A DNA stretch of 35,578 nucleotides. Source: a virus (lineage: Duplodnaviria; Caudoviricetes). A program made the translations under genes and the position numbers. The notes below the pieces were generated by a model. That model was not told the DNA's origin. It made no database searches and worked only from the letters and a program-made list of their open reading frames with translations. Shown one piece after another: positions 8,196 through 18,600 of this stretch (positions within the stretch are counted from its first letter, which is position 1; every line of letters starts with the position of its first letter). The stretch lies in IMG/VR virus record IMGVR_UViG_3300037797_000018, positions 1-35,578 of that record; one strand, written 5' to 3'.

Positions 8196-9636
8196 GCCGA
8201 CACCCGCCGAGGCGGTCGACGAACTCGCGCGCCGCAACCTCGGCGACTACGCGATCAGCATCTCGCCTGACACGTACGAGCAGCCCGCCCAGGTGTCCGC
8301 TCTCATCGGACACCTGGGGGCGCTCGAGCGCCGCGAGATTCGCCGGCTGATCGTCGAGATGCCTCCCCGCAGCTCCAAGTCCACGCACGTCTCGCGCCTG
8401 TTCCCGTCGTGGTGGCTCGGGCGTCATCCCACGGACGGGGTGATCGTCGCGTCCTACGGGCAGGAACTCGCCACCGAGCACGGACGAGCCGTGCGCGATC
8501 TGCTCACGCACCCGCGGTACCCGTTCGCGACTCGCCTGCGCTCGGACGTGAAGGCGGCGGGGCGGTGGCAGACGGACAAGGGCGGCGGGCTGATCACGGC
8601 AGGCGTGGGTACGGGCCTCACGGGGTTCGGTGGCGATCTGAACGTGCTGGACGACCCGATCAAGGGACGCGAGGAAGCCGAGAGCGAGATCGTCAGGGAG
8701 CACACGTGGTCGTGGTACCAGGACGTGTTCTCGACGCGCTGGATGCGTGACTCGGCCGTGGTGGTGATGGGGACGCGGTGGCACGAAGACGACCCGATCG
8801 GTCGCATCCTCAACACCGAGGGGGCATCGGACTGGACGCGACTACGCATTCCGTACCTCGCGGAGCAGGATGACCCGCTGGGCAGGCGCGAGGGCGAGGC
8901 GCTCGACGTCTTCGGCAATGTGCCGTTGGTCGAGAAGGGCGAGATCAGCGCCTACGGCTTCTCCGCGCTGTACCAGCAGCGCCCCACCCCCGCGGGTGGC
9001 GGGGTGTTCAAAGCCGAGTGGATGCAGCGTCGGTACTGCGTTGGGCATGACGGGGCGGCGTGTCCGAAGGATGCGAAGCCGCTGGCCGAGCGATACCCGC
9101 GATGGCGCAACGCGCAGACGGTGGACATCGGCGGGAAGCAGGGCGTGGGCCACGACCCCTCAGCCATTGCGACGTGGGGGTACGACGGCATCACGCTGTA
9201 CGTGCTGGACTACTGGTCGAGTCAGGCGGAGTACGCGGACATCAAGCCGAAGTTCGCGGCGAAGTGGCACGAGTGGCGCGGGTTCAAGGGCGGCAATCCC
9301 CACCTGATGCACATCGAGGATGCGACATGGGCGCAGCCGCTGATCTCCGATCTGAACCGCGAGACGGGCGTGCTGGTGGCAGCGGTGACGCCGTGGGGAT
9401 CGAAGTGGGTACGGGCGGACGCTGCGGCGCCGGTGTTCCAGGCGGGGCGGGTGGCGTTGCCGTGTCAGGCTCCGTGGCTCGACGGCTGGATGCATGAGCA
9501 CCTGAGCTTCCCGAATGCGCTGCACGACGAGGCCGTGGACACGACGAGCATGGCCGTACGGGAACTGCGCGAGATCGGGGCGACGATGCCGACGCACACG
9601 ATCAGCGGGAAGCCGCTGAGCAGGAAGGCGAGCTGA
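8182..9636 (+). CDS. terL: terminase large subunit
   Basis: Walker A variant MPPRSSKS, Walker B LNVLDDP, MGTRWHEDD, ALYQQRP, RNase H-like tail with FPNALHDEAVD. Confidence 0.95.
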   Translation: MVLAEPTPAEAVDELARRNLGDYAISISPDTYEQPAQVSALIGHLGALERREIRRLIVEMPPRSSKSTHVSRLFPSWWLGRHPTDGVIVASYGQELATEHGRAVRDLLTHPRYPFATRLRSDVKAAGRWQTDKGGGLITAGVGTGLTGFGGDLNVLDDPIKGREEAESEIVREHTWSWYQDVFSTRWMRDSAVVVMGTRWHEDDPIGRILNTEGASDWTRLRIPYLAEQDDPLGRREGEALDVFGNVPLVEKGEISAYGFSALYQQRPTPAGGGVFKAEWMQRRYCVGHDGAACPKDAKPLAERYPRWRNAQTVDIGGKQGVGHDPSAIATWGYDGITLYVLDYWSSQAEYADIKPKFAAKWHEWRGFKGGNPHLMHIEDATWAQPLISDLNRETGVLVAAVTPWGSKWVRADAAAPVFQAGRVALPCQAPWLDGWMHEHLSFPNALHDEAVDTTSMAVRELREIGATMPTHTISGKPLSRKAS

Positions 9637-9637
9637 G

Positions 9638-10288
9638 ATGACTGACGTGATGATCGCGATGACGGTGGAGGAAGCGCGCCTGACGCTCGATGAGATCCGC
9701 GAGGCGCTGGACGCGGGCCTCGATCAACTCGCCCGCGCGCAGCGTGCTAGTGCTGCCCTGGAGGAACGCGGGGGGCACCAGTCGCTGGGTTACGGCACGA
9801 TCACGGAGTGCCTTGCGGTGGAGTTGGGCGTTACGCAGAGGCGTGGCCGGCAGCTCATGCAACAGGTCCGCATTTCGGGGTTGCTGAGCGAAGCGGCCGG
9901 CGAGCAGGTGGTCGTCACGGCACGCGAGGCGCAGACACTTTCGCGAGCTTCTAGATTCGAAAGGAAACGCGTTTCCGCTGATCTGGCCGCAGGCGAGCCG
10001 CCGGCGAAGGTCATCCGCGAGGCGGTAGAGCGGGTACGCACAGCGGGCCCAAAGCCAGCGGGGAAGCGCTCGAAGTACCCACCGGGGCAGGAGGGACGCG
10101 TCCAGCGCCTGGCCGCGCAGTCGCGTGATTTCTTCGACGAGCTGGCTGACGTGGATTTCGCGGAGCATCCGGTCCCGCCCGACTACGAGCGCATCATCGA
10201 CAGGCTCGCGGACGGCTGGTGCGAGCTTCGCGATCGACTGATCGAGGCGCAGAAGCGACCCATCCGCATCGATGAATGGAGCGCGTGA
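9638..10288 (+). CDS. hypothetical protein with possible helix-turn-helix
   Basis: LGYGTITECLAVELGVTQRRGRQLM segment; lies between terL and portal. Confidence 0.65.
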   Translation: MTDVMIAMTVEEARLTLDEIREALDAGLDQLARAQRASAALEERGGHQSLGYGTITECLAVELGVTQRRGRQLMQQVRISGLLSEAAGEQVVVTAREAQTLSRASRFERKRVSADLAAGEPPAKVIREAVERVRTAGPKPAGKRSKYPPGQEGRVQRLAAQSRDFFDELADVDFAEHPVPPDYERIIDRLADGWCELRDRLIEAQKRPIRIDEWSA

Positions 10289-10545
10289 TGGGCTACCAGC
10301 CACGAACCGATCGCAGATGTTCGGGCTGTTCGCGGTTCCCCGACTTCACCGGGCGCGACATGTTGCACTGGCGATCGTGCGTGCCGAAACGGGACTGGCC
10401 GACGTTCGCGGTACAGGCGGACGCGGGTCGCACGATCGACTGCGATGCGTCGCTGGGTGTGTTGTGCGAGGACTGCGGGTTCGTCGCGGCGAGCGCGTTC
10501 GGGCTGCGGGCGCACCAGCGCAAGCACAAGGCGGTGACGGCATGA
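10288..10545 (+). CDS. small zinc-finger protein
   Basis: CSGC at the N-terminus and C2H2-like CEDCGFVAASAFGLRAHQRKH at the C-terminus. Confidence 0.65.
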   Translation: MGYQPRTDRRCSGCSRFPDFTGRDMLHWRSCVPKRDWPTFAVQADAGRTIDCDASLGVLCEDCGFVAASAFGLRAHQRKHKAVTA

Positions 10546-10721
10546 CGCCTGCTGAACTGGACCGGCTCGTCGCGGCAGTCGAGCGACACGCGATGTTCGG
10601 GTGTCCTGCTACGGCTCGGCGGGATGCGCCTGACTGCGCACCGGAGGTCCACCGTCTCGCGGAGTCGGTAGTTTCGCTCCTTCGTGTCACCGAAGAACTC
10701 AAGGCGCGCATCGATGCCTGA
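10542..10721 (+). CDS. hypothetical protein
   Basis: MTPAELDRLVAAVERH...; ATGA coupling; overlaps the portal start. Confidence 0.6.
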   Translation: MTPAELDRLVAAVERHAMFGCPATARRDAPDCAPEVHRLAESVVSLLRVTEELKARIDA

Positions 10722-12861
10722 CGCATCCGTTGACACGAAGCAAATCTTTGAGCGACTGCGCAACAAGCGGCGCGAGTACGCGAACGTGCAGACACGGATG
10801 GCCGTGCGCCGTGCGCTGATCTCCCGTGTGCTCGACGCGAACGTGAAGGACAACCAGACCGGCACGAACGTCAACGCGCCCTTCGACAGTTCCACGATGA
10901 TCATCCGGTCGATGCTCGGTGAGCCGAGCAAGGCTGTGCAGCACTACGAGAACCGGCTGAGTGCGAACCAGCCGAACATCACCGTCCTCCCGATCACCAC
11001 GAAGCCCGACCTGACGAAGCGCATCGACCGGCTGGCCGGCGAGCAGGAGCGACTTGACGCGGAGCTCTGGAGTGAGGCGTGTGCCGTCGCGGGTGGGCGT
11101 GGGGAACACCAGCGGGCGGCATCGGCGATGGTGGTGGGTGGGGCTGCGTACCTGCTGACGCTGCCGAGAGATCTCGCCTTCGGGTTGCCTGATCGCGAGT
11201 ACCACGGTGACATCACCGACGAGGAAGTGGCGCTGCTGATCCGTGACGGGAAGCTGGCGCCGTCGAAGGTGAGCCATCCTCGGACTGGGGAGATGGTGTA
11301 CGCGGAGTCGGGGGACGTGTGGGCGGGGCGGCGCAAGGCTGCGATGAAGCAGCAGAAGGTCTCGGGCAAGGGGCTGTTCGTCCTGAGGGCGTTGCCGCGC
11401 GACATGGTGTTGTGCGAGAAGGACGCCGAGGGGCTGCGGTGGGGCGCGATCACGGAGACGATCCCGCAGTCCACGTTCTCCGCAGGCTCGGCGTGGGCGA
11501 AGTGGGCGGCGAAGCACGACACGTCCTACTCGGGCAATCCCGCGGCCTACTCGCTGATGCTGAACGAACGCGGGCAGGTGATCGGTGGGCTGGCGCAGGG
11601 TGGGCCGCCGACGTACCAGCAGCGCGGACAGACCTCGTTCACGTTCATCACGTACACGGATCGGGAAGACCTCGTGTACTGCGTCGCGGGGCCGAACGAC
11701 GTGGAGGGCGGGCGGGAGATTTGGCGGGGCAAGCACGGGTGCACGATCCAGGGGCAGCCCGCGTGTCCGCTGGACGAGATCGCGTGCATCCGTGGCGACA
11801 TCGACCTGCCCGATCACGAGTTCCTGACGCCGCTGGACCCGCTGTTCGCCGTCATCCCGAACGTCAACCAGTTCCTGACGATGCGCAGCAACATCGCGGT
11901 CTACAACGCGACGCCGCGGTTCGTGTCGGAGAACTCGACGGGATCGCCGTTGCGTGGTGCGGACGGTGAGCCGGTCAACGTGCAGAGTGCGCCGACGCCG
12001 GGGCTGAACCCCGAGGAGATCGCGGCGTACCCCGGCACGGTCAAGCAGCTCACGATCGACGCGAAGGATCTGGACATGGCGATCCAGACGATGTTCACGC
12101 GCATCGACCTCTACATGCCGTCACCGGTGACTCAGGGGGCGTCGGGTGCGTCGGCTCCAGCGTGGCAGGTGCACCAGCTGATCCAGCAGGCGCAAGAGAA
12201 CCTGAGGCAGCCTGCGGACAATCTCGCGGCGGGCATCCAGCGGTCGATCCTGAAGATGCACGGGTGGCTGCGTCAGTTGGACGTGTCGGTGTACTTCTGG
12301 AGTGCGCCGGGGCATCGCAAGGACTCGCGTGAGTTGCGCGGGCTGGTGGAGTTCGACCCGAAGGACTTGACCGACTCGATCACGGTGCGGATGGAGTTGG
12401 ATACGCCCGAAGACCTGATCGTGCTGGATCAGGTGGGACAGGCGAAGTTGAAGGACGGGCTGATCACGCGAGAGGGCTACTTCGAGCAGTACGCGCGTGC
12501 TCAGGACGCGAGACAGGCGACGATCGACTCGTACGCGCAGACCGTCGCGGACTCGCTTTTGTTCGGGCGCCCGCTGCCGGGATCGGCGCTGCTCTCGATG
12601 GTGGCGCAGAGAGTGATGGGACGGTTGCAGGTGGAGCTGCCCGAGTGGTCCCCGAACGCGGCGAGGGCACAGGCGCAGGATATGTCGATGGGTGCGCAGG
12701 CTCAGGTCGCGGAGCAGGAGTTGATCGCGGGTCCGCCCGCATCTGAGCCGATCGTCGCGGGAGCAGAGGACGTGAGTTTGGCGAACGCGGCGGGGGTGAG
12801 ACGGCCGGGGATGGGGATGGCTGACTCGTTGCCGGCGGCTCTTGGGATGTCGCCGGTATGA
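10714..12861 (+). CDS. portal (head-tail connector) protein
   Basis: 715-aa helix-rich ORF, the first large gene after terL; VTQGASGASAPA motif followed by a long helix; call rests mainly on size and synteny. Confidence 0.75.
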   Translation: MPDASVDTKQIFERLRNKRREYANVQTRMAVRRALISRVLDANVKDNQTGTNVNAPFDSSTMIIRSMLGEPSKAVQHYENRLSANQPNITVLPITTKPDLTKRIDRLAGEQERLDAELWSEACAVAGGRGEHQRAASAMVVGGAAYLLTLPRDLAFGLPDREYHGDITDEEVALLIRDGKLAPSKVSHPRTGEMVYAESGDVWAGRRKAAMKQQKVSGKGLFVLRALPRDMVLCEKDAEGLRWGAITETIPQSTFSAGSAWAKWAAKHDTSYSGNPAAYSLMLNERGQVIGGLAQGGPPTYQQRGQTSFTFITYTDREDLVYCVAGPNDVEGGREIWRGKHGCTIQGQPACPLDEIACIRGDIDLPDHEFLTPLDPLFAVIPNVNQFLTMRSNIAVYNATPRFVSENSTGSPLRGADGEPVNVQSAPTPGLNPEEIAAYPGTVKQLTIDAKDLDMAIQTMFTRIDLYMPSPVTQGASGASAPAWQVHQLIQQAQENLRQPADNLAAGIQRSILKMHGWLRQLDVSVYFWSAPGHRKDSRELRGLVEFDPKDLTDSITVRMELDTPEDLIVLDQVGQAKLKDGLITREGYFEQYARAQDARQATIDSYAQTVADSLLFGRPLPGSALLSMVAQRVMGRLQVELPEWSPNAARAQAQDMSMGAQAQVAEQELIAGPPASEPIVAGAEDVSLANAAGVRRPGMGMADSLPAALGMSPV

Positions 12862-13061
12862 CGAACGACGAGAAGAACCTGCGCTGTCTCGACTGCGGAC
12901 ATCGTGGCGGGTTCCACGATGACTACAACGACTTCGCCTGCCGGCTCGCGATCGGGCGGCACCCGTGCCCGTGTGTCGGTTGGGAGCCCGAGGCGTCACC
13001 CGACCCCCTCGGTGAAGGTGGGCTCTGGGGACTGAGCGGCACGATCGGACGGTCGCGATGA
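12858..13061 (+). CDS. small Cys/His protein
   Basis: RCLDCGHRGGFH...C...HPCPC; ATGA coupling at both ends. Confidence 0.6.
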   Translation: MTNDEKNLRCLDCGHRGGFHDDYNDFACRLAIGRHPCPCVGWEPEASPDPLGEGGLWGLSGTIGRSR

Positions 13062-13336
13062 GTTCGCCGCTCAGTGCTGATCTGCTTCAGGACGTGGAAG
13101 ACAAGGCCGTCGAGATGGTGATGTCCGTGCTTGAGGGCGTCGTCGAGTTGATGCAGGTGGACGGCAAGGTGTACGGCGATGTGGACCTGGATCGCGGTCA
13201 GCGGATTCTCGCGTACGAGGCGGCGGTGACGAGTGGTGAGATGAACTCGCTGGTCGTGGTGGACCCGGGGCTGGCGCGGCGCATGAGCGAGCAGTACCGC
13301 AAAGACGTGCAGGCGATGCCCGCGATGAGTGCGTGA
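13058..13336 (+). CDS. hypothetical protein
   Basis: Coupled 92-aa ORF with ordinary protein composition. Confidence 0.7.
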   Translation: MSSPLSADLLQDVEDKAVEMVMSVLEGVVELMQVDGKVYGDVDLDRGQRILAYEAAVTSGEMNSLVVVDPGLARRMSEQYRKDVQAMPAMSA

Positions 13337-15621
13337 TGGCACGGCTCAGCGCGGACCAGCTCTACGAACTCGCGGTCTCGCACTTCGGTGATCTTGGGCC
13401 GCGGTGGGTGCAGTGGGCGATCGAGACGGCAGGGGCTGAGTCGGGCGGGGCCTACGGGTCTGATGCCATCGGGGACAACTTCAAGAGTGGGCACCAGTCG
13501 GCGGACTCGGCGGCGCGGTACGACTACGGGCCGTTGCAGGTCAACAGTCAGCACGGCTTCGACGCGAAGCGGCTGGTGGACGATCCCGATTACAACTTCG
13601 CGAAGGCGCGAGAGATTCTCGATCGGCAGGGACCGGAAGCATGGGCCACGTCGAAGACGGTGATGCCGAAGGTCTTTGGAACTGGTGGACGAGGACAGGA
13701 GGGCGGGATGCCGCCTGAGGGATGGAAGTCAACGGGCGGCGGCTGGTGGACTCCCCCGGGCGGCGGTGCGCCAGAACATCACCCGGAGTGGGACTCGAGC
13801 GCGAGCGATAACAACGTGCTCATCCGCAACTTCCCTGACGGATCGCTGCGCCAGTCGTCGGATAACGGCGGCACGTGGCAGGTGATCGGCGAGTCTCCGT
13901 CTGAGGCGCAGGGGGTGTCGTACTCCGGGTCGGGGCTGCCTGCGGGGTACGTGCAGGGGTCGGACGGGTTCGTCTACAAGCAGGTGGCGGGGACGCGAGG
14001 CGGGATCACGCTGCGCCGTGCGACTCCCGGCGAGTTGACGACGCTGAACACGACGGGGGCCACGCCGCAGAAGCCGCAGACGTACACGGATGAACGCACG
14101 GGCGATCTGGTGTTCGTGGACCCGTTCTCTGGCGAGGAAGTGCGTCGCATTCCCGGCGCGTCGTGGGCGTCGATGTCACCGCAGCAGCAGGCCGAGATTC
14201 GTGCCGGCGAGCTTGGCGCTGCACGCGAGGCAGCGGCGGGGGAGAACGCGCTGGATCGCACGGCGACCGCGACGGAGAACGAGAAGAACCGCGCGGCCGC
14301 CGCAGCACAGACCGCAGCATCGATCGCGCAGCAGCAGAAGCAACTCGACGAGACGATCGCCAACAACCGACTCCAGGCGGCGCAGGCGGATCAGAACCTC
14401 GGGTTCCTCTATGACAAGTTCGCCGTCGAGACGGACGCGAACAACCGATCGGCGATGCTCGCGACGCAGCAGGCGATCTGGGGCGCGCAGCGCGACGTGC
14501 AGCAGATCAACTTCCAGTACGGGCAGCTTCAGCAGCAGGCCGCGCAGTTCAACGCGCAGCAGCAGTTCGCGGTGGAACAGGAGAACCAGCGCCGCACGGA
14601 GGCGCAGGCCGAACGCAAGCGCGCACTCGCGGAGTCGATCGGCGTCACGGCGCAGGACGCAGGCTCGCGTGGCAAGCTCGCGGCGCAGATGCTGGCGAAC
14701 CCCGGCCTCGGTGAACTCGACGCGAGTCTCGCAGGCGGTGAGGACTTCTTCACCGAGGAATCGCTTGTTCCGCTGACGGACCTGTTGGGGCAGCGAGAGG
14801 ACGCCGCGAAGCCGCCGAACTTCCTCCAGTTCAACCCGATCAGTGCTCCTGCGGCACCGAATATCCAGATGCCGAACTTCACGATGCCGACCCCGATGGC
14901 GCTCCCCCCGCGTCCGGTGCCCGTGACGCAGACTCCGGCCGCTGGTGTGGCTCCTGTGGCGTCTGGTGCGAATCCTGCGGCGAACACTGGCGGGGCTGCG
15001 TCGGGTGAACTGTCGGCCGACGACCTCATGGCGCTGATTCGTGCACAGTCGGCACCGGGGACGACAGGGGCGATCCAGGCGAAGGCGGACGGCGGGCTGG
15101 CCGAGGGCATGTACATGGGCGACGAGGAAGGGCCGGAACTGCACATCCCGCTTGGTCCCGGCGAGGCGCTGGTCATCCCTCACGGACAGGTGAAGAACTT
15201 CCTGCGCAACGTGTCGGACGTGCAGGGGATGAAGAAGGGCGGGATGTTCAAGGACGGCAAGCAGGCACCCGTCGCGGCGGACATGGTCGGCATGGGCATC
15301 AATGCGATGGCGGACGGGGGGTTCTTCTCCGAGGGCAACATCTTCGGCACGGCGCAGCCCACGGACCAAGCGGGAACGATGACGTTCTTGGCGGAGGCGT
15401 TGAAGCGTGCGCTGAGTGGGACGCCGTGGCAGCAGCAGGGCCGCGCACCGACGCCCGTGGAAGTCTCGGCGCCGGGGACGGATCCCATCGTGCAGGAGTT
15501 GGGCGGTTCACTGTCCGCGTTGGGCACGGGGACGCCGCAGGACTTGTTCTTGCGCAGGGCGCGAGCGTTGAAGCCACAGGGCATCACGGAGAGCGCGGGC
15601 GGACTGAGGCGATCGGGGTGA
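13333..15621 (+). CDS. internal virion/ejection protein with N-terminal lysozyme-like (lytic transglycosylase) domain
   Basis: AIETAGAESGG (catalytic Glu), DYGPLQVN, DPDYNFAKA, GPEAWAT; followed by a Q/A-rich coiled coil and a Pro-rich linker. Confidence 0.75.
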   Translation: MMARLSADQLYELAVSHFGDLGPRWVQWAIETAGAESGGAYGSDAIGDNFKSGHQSADSAARYDYGPLQVNSQHGFDAKRLVDDPDYNFAKAREILDRQGPEAWATSKTVMPKVFGTGGRGQEGGMPPEGWKSTGGGWWTPPGGGAPEHHPEWDSSASDNNVLIRNFPDGSLRQSSDNGGTWQVIGESPSEAQGVSYSGSGLPAGYVQGSDGFVYKQVAGTRGGITLRRATPGELTTLNTTGATPQKPQTYTDERTGDLVFVDPFSGEEVRRIPGASWASMSPQQQAEIRAGELGAAREAAAGENALDRTATATENEKNRAAAAAQTAASIAQQQKQLDETIANNRLQAAQADQNLGFLYDKFAVETDANNRSAMLATQQAIWGAQRDVQQINFQYGQLQQQAAQFNAQQQFAVEQENQRRTEAQAERKRALAESIGVTAQDAGSRGKLAAQMLANPGLGELDASLAGGEDFFTEESLVPLTDLLGQREDAAKPPNFLQFNPISAPAAPNIQMPNFTMPTPMALPPRPVPVTQTPAAGVAPVASGANPAANTGGAASGELSADDLMALIRAQSAPGTTGAIQAKADGGLAEGMYMGDEEGPELHIPLGPGEALVIPHGQVKNFLRNVSDVQGMKKGGMFKDGKQAPVAADMVGMGINAMADGGFFSEGNIFGTAQPTDQAGTMTFLAEALKRALSGTPWQQQGRAPTPVEVSAPGTDPIVQELGGSLSALGTGTPQDLFLRRARALKPQGITESAGGLRRSG

Positions 15622-15625
15622 CGCC

Positions 15626-18600
15626 GTGGTGATGTCGGAGCCGAGAAGCTGGTACGAGCGTCGTCAGGCGGATCAGCGCAAGCGATACCCCGAACTGGAC
15701 CTCGCCGATCCCGTGATGGTGTCGAGCGTGGACGCACGGCGAATCTCACGGGGCGAGTTGCCATCGCAGATGACGCAGGACACGACGCGGATCGCGGCGG
15801 ACATTGCGCGAGCGAAGGGCGGTGACACGTCTGGCAACGGGTTCCTGTCGAACCTGTGGCCGGGAGCGCGCAACGTTGCCGGGGCGCTGCTCGGGCCGCA
15901 AGTCGAGCAAACCGGGCGGCTGTTGGAACACCTCGGGCGTCCTGCTGGTGCGGCGACAGCGGCGCTTGCGGGCCGGACGCCGGGAGAGTCCGCGCGCGGA
16001 CTCGTTGAGGGATTCCGTGACCCGGTGGAGGGCGTCCAGCGAGGCCGTGACGCGGGGTTCGTGCGTCACCTGTCGGATGATCCGGCTGAGACGTTGCGGC
16101 GGGGGGCAGGGGCGACACCGCTCGCAGCCGTGGCCGCACGGCTTGGGTTCAGCCCGCGAGACATCGGCGGCGCTGCCGTTCCTGCCGTTGCTGATCCGCT
16201 GAACTTCGTGCCGGGGCTCGGACCGACGAAGCAGATCGTGCAGGGTTCGCGTCGGGCGAATCGCGCGGTGGCTGCGACGGGTCGCGCAGGGGATCGCCTT
16301 CGCAAAGCTGCTCCTTTCGGTGGGCTGGACGAGGCCGGCGATGCTGTGGCCGACGCGCGTTTCACTCGACAACTTGAACCCGATGCCCCCGCCCCGTACG
16401 AAGCGCCTCCGACCGTGCGGCGGCTCTACGGCTCGCGCGACATCGAGGAAGGCGCGGTGCGCGGGCGTGGGGAGCGACTGGCCGAGAGCGGGCGCTTCCG
16501 TGCCGACGATCCGATCGTTACTCCCGCGCTGCGGGTGCGCGACGAGAGCAGGCAGGCCGTCACGAACCAGGCGACCCGCGTTGAAGCGCAGGCACGTACC
16601 GCGATCAAGCGATCGGGGTTCAAGTTCGAGGGACCGCCCGACGCGCAACGCATTCCGGCACTCGCTGGCATCGACCCGAGTGTTCCCGGCGCTCCGACGC
16701 TGCGTGACGTGATGGCGCGTCGCCCGGTGTACGAGCCACACCTGACGCCACAGCAGCGGCAGTCGCTCGATGCGCTCGGGGAATCGCTGACTCCGTACCG
16801 GCAGGGGCTGGACGAGGTGGCCGAGGCCGAGGCCGCGCTGACCGGCAAGCCATCGACGATCAAGATCGGGTCACGTGCCGACGTTATGGAGGGCGGGGTC
16901 TACATCCCGCGTGGAACTGCTGAGACGGAAGAACTGGCCGACATTGCGGCGCGTCGTGTCGGCGGCGGCGGCCGGCGTGCCGGGGGCAAGCAGGGGTTCG
17001 AGAAGTCTGCGACGTTCGCGTCCGAGGCCGAAGGAATCGAGGCTGGCTATCGCTACACGCCTGTCTCCGAGGCGATGGGCGGGTACGTGCGTGGGGCTGG
17101 GAACCGCACGCTCGATCGGCACACGGCTAACTACTTCATCAGTCGCGTAGACGACGCAGGAAAGCGGATCGCGGAGACGCGCGCAGATCGCGTTGACCCC
17201 GGACTGCGCGCGGACGTGGAGGCTCTGCGGACACGCATCTCAGGGCGGCAGGCGACATTCGGCCGCAGGGTGACGCGGCAGCAGGCGCAGGAGCGTGCGG
17301 CCGTCGAAGCGGAACGCACCGCAGAGGGAGTCGAAGGCATCCGCGACAAGCGCGGGGCCGCGTTCGACGACCGCACGGGGCTCTCGACGGACGAGGCAAT
17401 CCGCGCGGCTGAGCGTGAGCTGGACTCGCTTGAACGCGCAGCACGGCAGACAGAGAGCGCCGCGGATGTGTCACGTGGGCGGGCAGAACGCACGGCGATG
17501 GGGGCCGTGGACACGAACGAGGAGCTGGCGCGGTTCCGCGCGGAACTCGACGAACTGAGCCCACGCTGGAGGCGAGCGCAGGAGCAGGCCGCATCGACGC
17601 CGCGCGATCAGGGCACGATCCCGTTGGCGGGACTTGAGGCGTACTCGTTCCCGTGGGAGATGGCGGACGAGGCGACACGCATCCTGCGGTCAGAGATCCG
17701 CGGGGCAGCAGGCGACATCAGCGGACCACTGCGGGCCATCAACAGCATCGCGCGAGGCGTGCAGGCCACGGGTGAGATGTCGTACCTCGGCATCCAGATG
17801 GCGATCGGCATGTTCTCCGATCCCGCGGGGTGGGCGCGTGCAGGGAAGGCCGCGACGCGGGCGTGGCTGAACTCGGGCGACGAGGTGATGGGTTCGTTCG
17901 TTGCGAACTTCGACCAGCGCGCGGTGAACGCGGGACGGCCGTCGTCCGAACGGTGGGCTGCGTCGGGGTTGCGGCTTGCGGAGTCGGGCACGGAGTTTCG
18001 CGTAGGCGGGCGCAAGGTGCCCACCAAAGTACAAGGCGTGGCGGAGTCACGAGCAGGGCGAGCCGCAACATTCGTTCCGCGGCAGCTCGTGAAGCGAGCG
18101 GATCGTGGGTTCGGTGTAGCGGGCGACACGATGCGACTGGAGCTCGCGGACACGCTCGCTGAGGAAGCGCTGGCGAAGGGGCGCAGGCTCACCGATACGG
18201 AACTGCGCACGCTGGCGGAGAGTGCGAACCGCGTCACGGGCTGGACGCCGCAGCGCGCCTTCGGGTCATGGGGCGAGGCTGCGAACTTTGCGCCGCGATA
18301 CCTGGCCGCTCGCGCCCGTGCTGCGGGACAGCTCGCATCGACCGACCCGCGTAAGCGCCAGATCGCGCGCAGGCTGGTGGGCCGGTACATGGCGATCGGC
18401 GCGACCATGACGATCGCGATCAACGAACTGTCAGGCGAGGAAACGGATTTCCGGCCGTTCAGCGGGAGCAAGGGGCCGACGTTCAATCCGCTCGACGCCG
18501 AGTACAAGAACCCGAACTTCATGCGCGTGATCAACAAGCTCGGGCGTGACTGGTCACTGCTCGGACCGATGGATGCGCTGTTCGGGGTGGTGGTGGGTGC

